Shown here: positions 47,301-48,595 of the stretch, in pieces
Layout: each line of letters opens with the position of its first letter
Numbering within the stretch: the stretch's first letter is position 1
DNA from: Actinomycetota bacterium
GTDB taxonomy: Bacteria; Actinomycetota; AC-67
Reading direction: 5' to 3'
DNA length: 48,595 nucleotides
Assembly: GCA_046565595.1 (NCBI GenBank)
Contig: JBKHYG010000025.1
Location: forward strand, 1 to 48,595
Notes under the pieces: model-generated
What the model saw: the letters and a program-made list of their open reading frames with translations, nothing else
What the model was told of the DNA's origin: nothing
Databases searched by the model: none
Translations under genes and position numbers: made by a program

Positions 47301-47433
47301 CGACCGGATCTCGCTGACCGTACCCGAACAGGCCGGTGATCTGGTCGACGCCTTCGGTGACCACATCGCCGCCGAGACGCTCAGCACGCAGATCGCCGTC
47401 GGCGATTCGCTTGCGATCGAGAGGCAGCCATGA
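44314..47433 (+). CDS. ileS: Isoleucine--tRNA ligase, type 2, with non-canonical signature motifs
   Basis: GFDCQGL, editing domain AWTTTPWTLPAN and GTGIVHIAPG, DWCISRKRYWG, type-2 tail ALDT..T.EL..EG..RDLVRQIQDLRK; HIGH position reads GVHH and KMSKS position reads PMHKS. Confidence 0.95.
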   Translation: MTDHDAFSPVPPKPDHVALEHEILELWEAEGTFERLRDRNRGNQPWSFVDGPITANNSMGVHHAWGRSLKDIFQRFYAANGHDQRYQNGFDCQGLWVEVEVEKTLGLNSKPEIEEYGLDRFARACRDRVAEYSGVMTRQSKRLGQWMEWDSSYFTMTDTNISYIWTFLKECHDRGWLYVGHRSMPWCPRCGTSLSQHELIDSYADLTHPSIFVRFPLTDADGEYLVAWTTTPWTLPANTAAAVHPDQTYVRVQTADGIAIVAEARLEDSPIEGDILERLPGSALVGRTYTGPFGYLPVQADVTPRVVAWDEVSIEDGTGIVHIAPGCGAEDFELSKIEGLPALVPIDESGCFVEGHDRFTGLATSVARQQLIDDLESRGVLQQAGEITHRYPVCWRCSTELVYRLVDEWFIRCDEVRQPMIEAARTVSWNPPQYGKRMEDWLRNMGDWCISRKRYWGLPLPFWFCPDGHMTLIGSKAELLERATEGAEGLEELHRPWIDAVKIDCGTCGEPATRTTDVGDCWLDAGIVPFSTMGWRNDTAIEGGYAEGAGEGLTNADLPDHTYWERWFPADFISEMREQIRLWFYSLLFMSVVLDGRAPYRNVLTYERVHDETGRPMHKSWGNAIWFDDAVETMGADVMRWMYSSQNPAANLNFGYGPANETKRRLLTLWNVYKFFVDYATINGWSPANASLEGPDTDALTDLDRWMIARTQELVVEANEAYRAYDTPRLIRQAASFIEDSSNWYLRTSRSRFWKNDDRADTDAATETLWYALVTFCRVIAPIMPFLADHIWRNLVSGTGNEPSVHLSGWPKMQEPDRTLLADMDAVRHVVELGRSARAEAKIKNRQPLAKMTVATDDPTARAAIERHAALIASELSVKRVEVTDSSEGFATSVVVPNFRVLGPKLGPSLPKVTDAVKRGDYTFDGETVLVGDVRLSPDEYELRTTAKEGLAVTADEGFACALDTEMTDELAREGRMRDLVRQIQDLRKQHDLELTDRISLTVPEQAGDLVDAFGDHIAAETLSTQIAVGDSLAIERQP

Positions 47434-48419
47434 AGGATGTAGGCATCGTGGGCCTGCCCGAGACCGACGCAGGCAGCGTGTTCACCGCCCTGACCGCCAT
47501 CGAAGGCGGAGGAGGTAAGGCGAGCCAAGCGGTGGTTCCGGTTCCAGACACACGGGTGGACAAACTCGTGGAACTGCACTCCTCGAAGAAGGCCGTGTAT
47601 ACCCAGCTGCGGTTCGTGGATACCTCCGCGCTGGTTCGCGCGGGCGGTCGTGCCGGCGCTGGACGCCTCCCGGCGGAGCTACTCGGCCATCTGCGCACCT
47701 CGGACGCGCTGCTGCTGGTGGTCCGAGGCGAACAAGCGCCGACAGACCTGGATGAACTTTCACTCGAGTTGCTCTACGCGGACCTGGAGATCATCCAGAA
47801 CAAACTCGCCCGCGACATCAAAGCGGCTCGAACGCCCGAAGCTCAGCGGACCGTCGCGATCATGGAACGCGCCGTCACGCTGCTCGAAGCTGGCACGCCT
47901 CTATCCAAGGAGACCTGGACGGCCGACGAGCTCGAGGAGTTCCAAGGCATGGCGCCTCTGACGCTCAAACCCAAGCTCGTCGTCGGCGTCGTCGAGGACG
48001 GAACGACCACCCTGCCAGACGACATAATCCCGGTTGCCGCGCAGCTGGAGCGCGAGGTCGCAGGGATGAGCGATGAAGACGCATCGGAACTCCTGGCACC
48101 CTTCGGCGTCACCGAACGAGCCCTTCCGCTGGTCATCCGGAAGGTCTATGACGCTCTGGATCTGTTGACCTTCCTGACTGCCGGGGACACCGAATCGCGA
48201 GCGTGGGAGGTTCGCAGCGGCGCACCGGCTCCCGAGGCCGCCGGAGCGATCCACTCGGATATCCAGAGGGGTTTCATCCGCGCCGAGATCGTCTCGTTCG
48301 AGGATCTGGTGGGAGCTGGCTCGTGGAGCGCAGCCAGAGGAGCTGGGCTGGTGCGGCAGGAAGGCAAGACCTACCTGATGCAAGAAGGCGATGTGGTCGA
48401 GTTCCGTTTCGCCGTCTGA
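47430..48419 (+). CDS. YchF/Obg-family homologue with degenerate nucleotide-binding motifs and intact C-terminal TGS (DUF933) domain
   Basis: VPDTRVDKL, ELLYADL, PLTLKP, TFLTAG..ESRAW, AAGAIHSDIQRGFIRAE, RQEGKTY.MQEGDVVEFRF; P-loop position reads GLPETDAGS. Confidence 0.88.
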   Translation: MKDVGIVGLPETDAGSVFTALTAIEGGGGKASQAVVPVPDTRVDKLVELHSSKKAVYTQLRFVDTSALVRAGGRAGAGRLPAELLGHLRTSDALLLVVRGEQAPTDLDELSLELLYADLEIIQNKLARDIKAARTPEAQRTVAIMERAVTLLEAGTPLSKETWTADELEEFQGMAPLTLKPKLVVGVVEDGTTTLPDDIIPVAAQLEREVAGMSDEDASELLAPFGVTERALPLVIRKVYDALDLLTFLTAGDTESRAWEVRSGAPAPEAAGAIHSDIQRGFIRAEIVSFEDLVGAGSWSAARGAGLVRQEGKTYLMQEGDVVEFRFAV

Positions 48420-48420
48420 G

Positions 48421-48595
48421 TCACTCGGTATCTGAAGGCGGTTTCTCGGTCGACCGTGTCGGCGATCCCGAGGCGGTGGTCCGGGTCGGCTTCTTGGCCG
48501 CAGGCTTCTTGGCCGCAGGCTTCTTGGCCGCAGGCTTCTTGGCCGCAGGCTTCTTGGCCGCAGGCTTCTTGGCCGCAGGCTTCTTGGCCGCAGGC
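48421..48595 (-). CDS. 3' end of a gene with a histone-like (PAAKK)n tail, truncated by the window edge
   Basis: Minus frame reads (PAAKK)7[26 protein letters not shown], with the stop at 48421-48423, 1 bp from the ychF-like stop. Confidence 0.7.
   Translation of the reverse strand, partial: PAAKKPAAKKPAAKKPAAKKPAAKKPAAKKPAAKKPTRTTASGSPTRSTEKPPSDTE
48488..48595. repeat. Perfect 15-bp tandem repeat (ggcttcttggccgca), at least 7 copies
   Basis: Seven identical units from 48488 plus 3 bases, running off the end of the window. Confidence 0.97.

Noticed and set aside
218-48383. Numerous long antisense and alternate-frame ORFs (e.g. 38453-39829, 35783-36997, 13307-14452, 43733-44230)
   Set aside because: They are shadows of well-supported genes, expected at high GC, and show no recognisable motifs.
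48488-48595. Possible CRISPR array
   Set aside because: The units are contiguous 15-mers with no spacers, they encode PAAKK in frame, and there are no cas genes.

Overview
High-GC (roughly 65% by eye, not computed) core chromosomal segment of an Actinomycetota bacterium. The taxonomy is inferred from the gene order ileS/dksA-like/lspA/rluA/dnaE/his/trp/tRNA-Leu/ANTAR regulator/liv/polA/rpsA/coaE/uvrB, a PriA-type HisA and many apparently leaderless genes. Almost all genes are on the minus strand: uvrB, coaE, rpsA, an atypical FtsH-like protease, polA, a GNAT, a polar amino-acid ABC transporter, a branched-chain amino-acid ABC transporter, an ANTAR response regulator, an acyl-CoA dehydrogenase, tRNA-Leu(CAA), a phosphodiester glycosidase, a SirC-like enzyme, trpABCE, hisIFAHBCD, dnaE, a methyltransferase, rluA, lspA and a histone-like/DksA fusion. 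Plus-strand genes are an SLC13 permease (5' truncated), two hypothetical proteins, a GH15, ileS and a ychF-like gene. I see no mobile element, prophage, CRISPR or defence system. The most unusual signals are: (1) a type-2 IleRS with non-canonical GVHH/PMHKS motifs, translationally coupled to a YchF homologue whose P-loop is destroyed but whose TGS domain is intact; (2) an orphan plus-strand promoter followed by a ~90-nt two-hairpin candidate sRNA at 11741-11831; (3) a structured, possibly switchable rpsA leader; (4) coaE (and possibly lspA) needing a CTG start, with coaE in frame just behind the rpsA stop; (5) a divergent FtsH paralogue between polA and rpsA. All calls come from motif recognition by eye; no database searches or folding programs were run.
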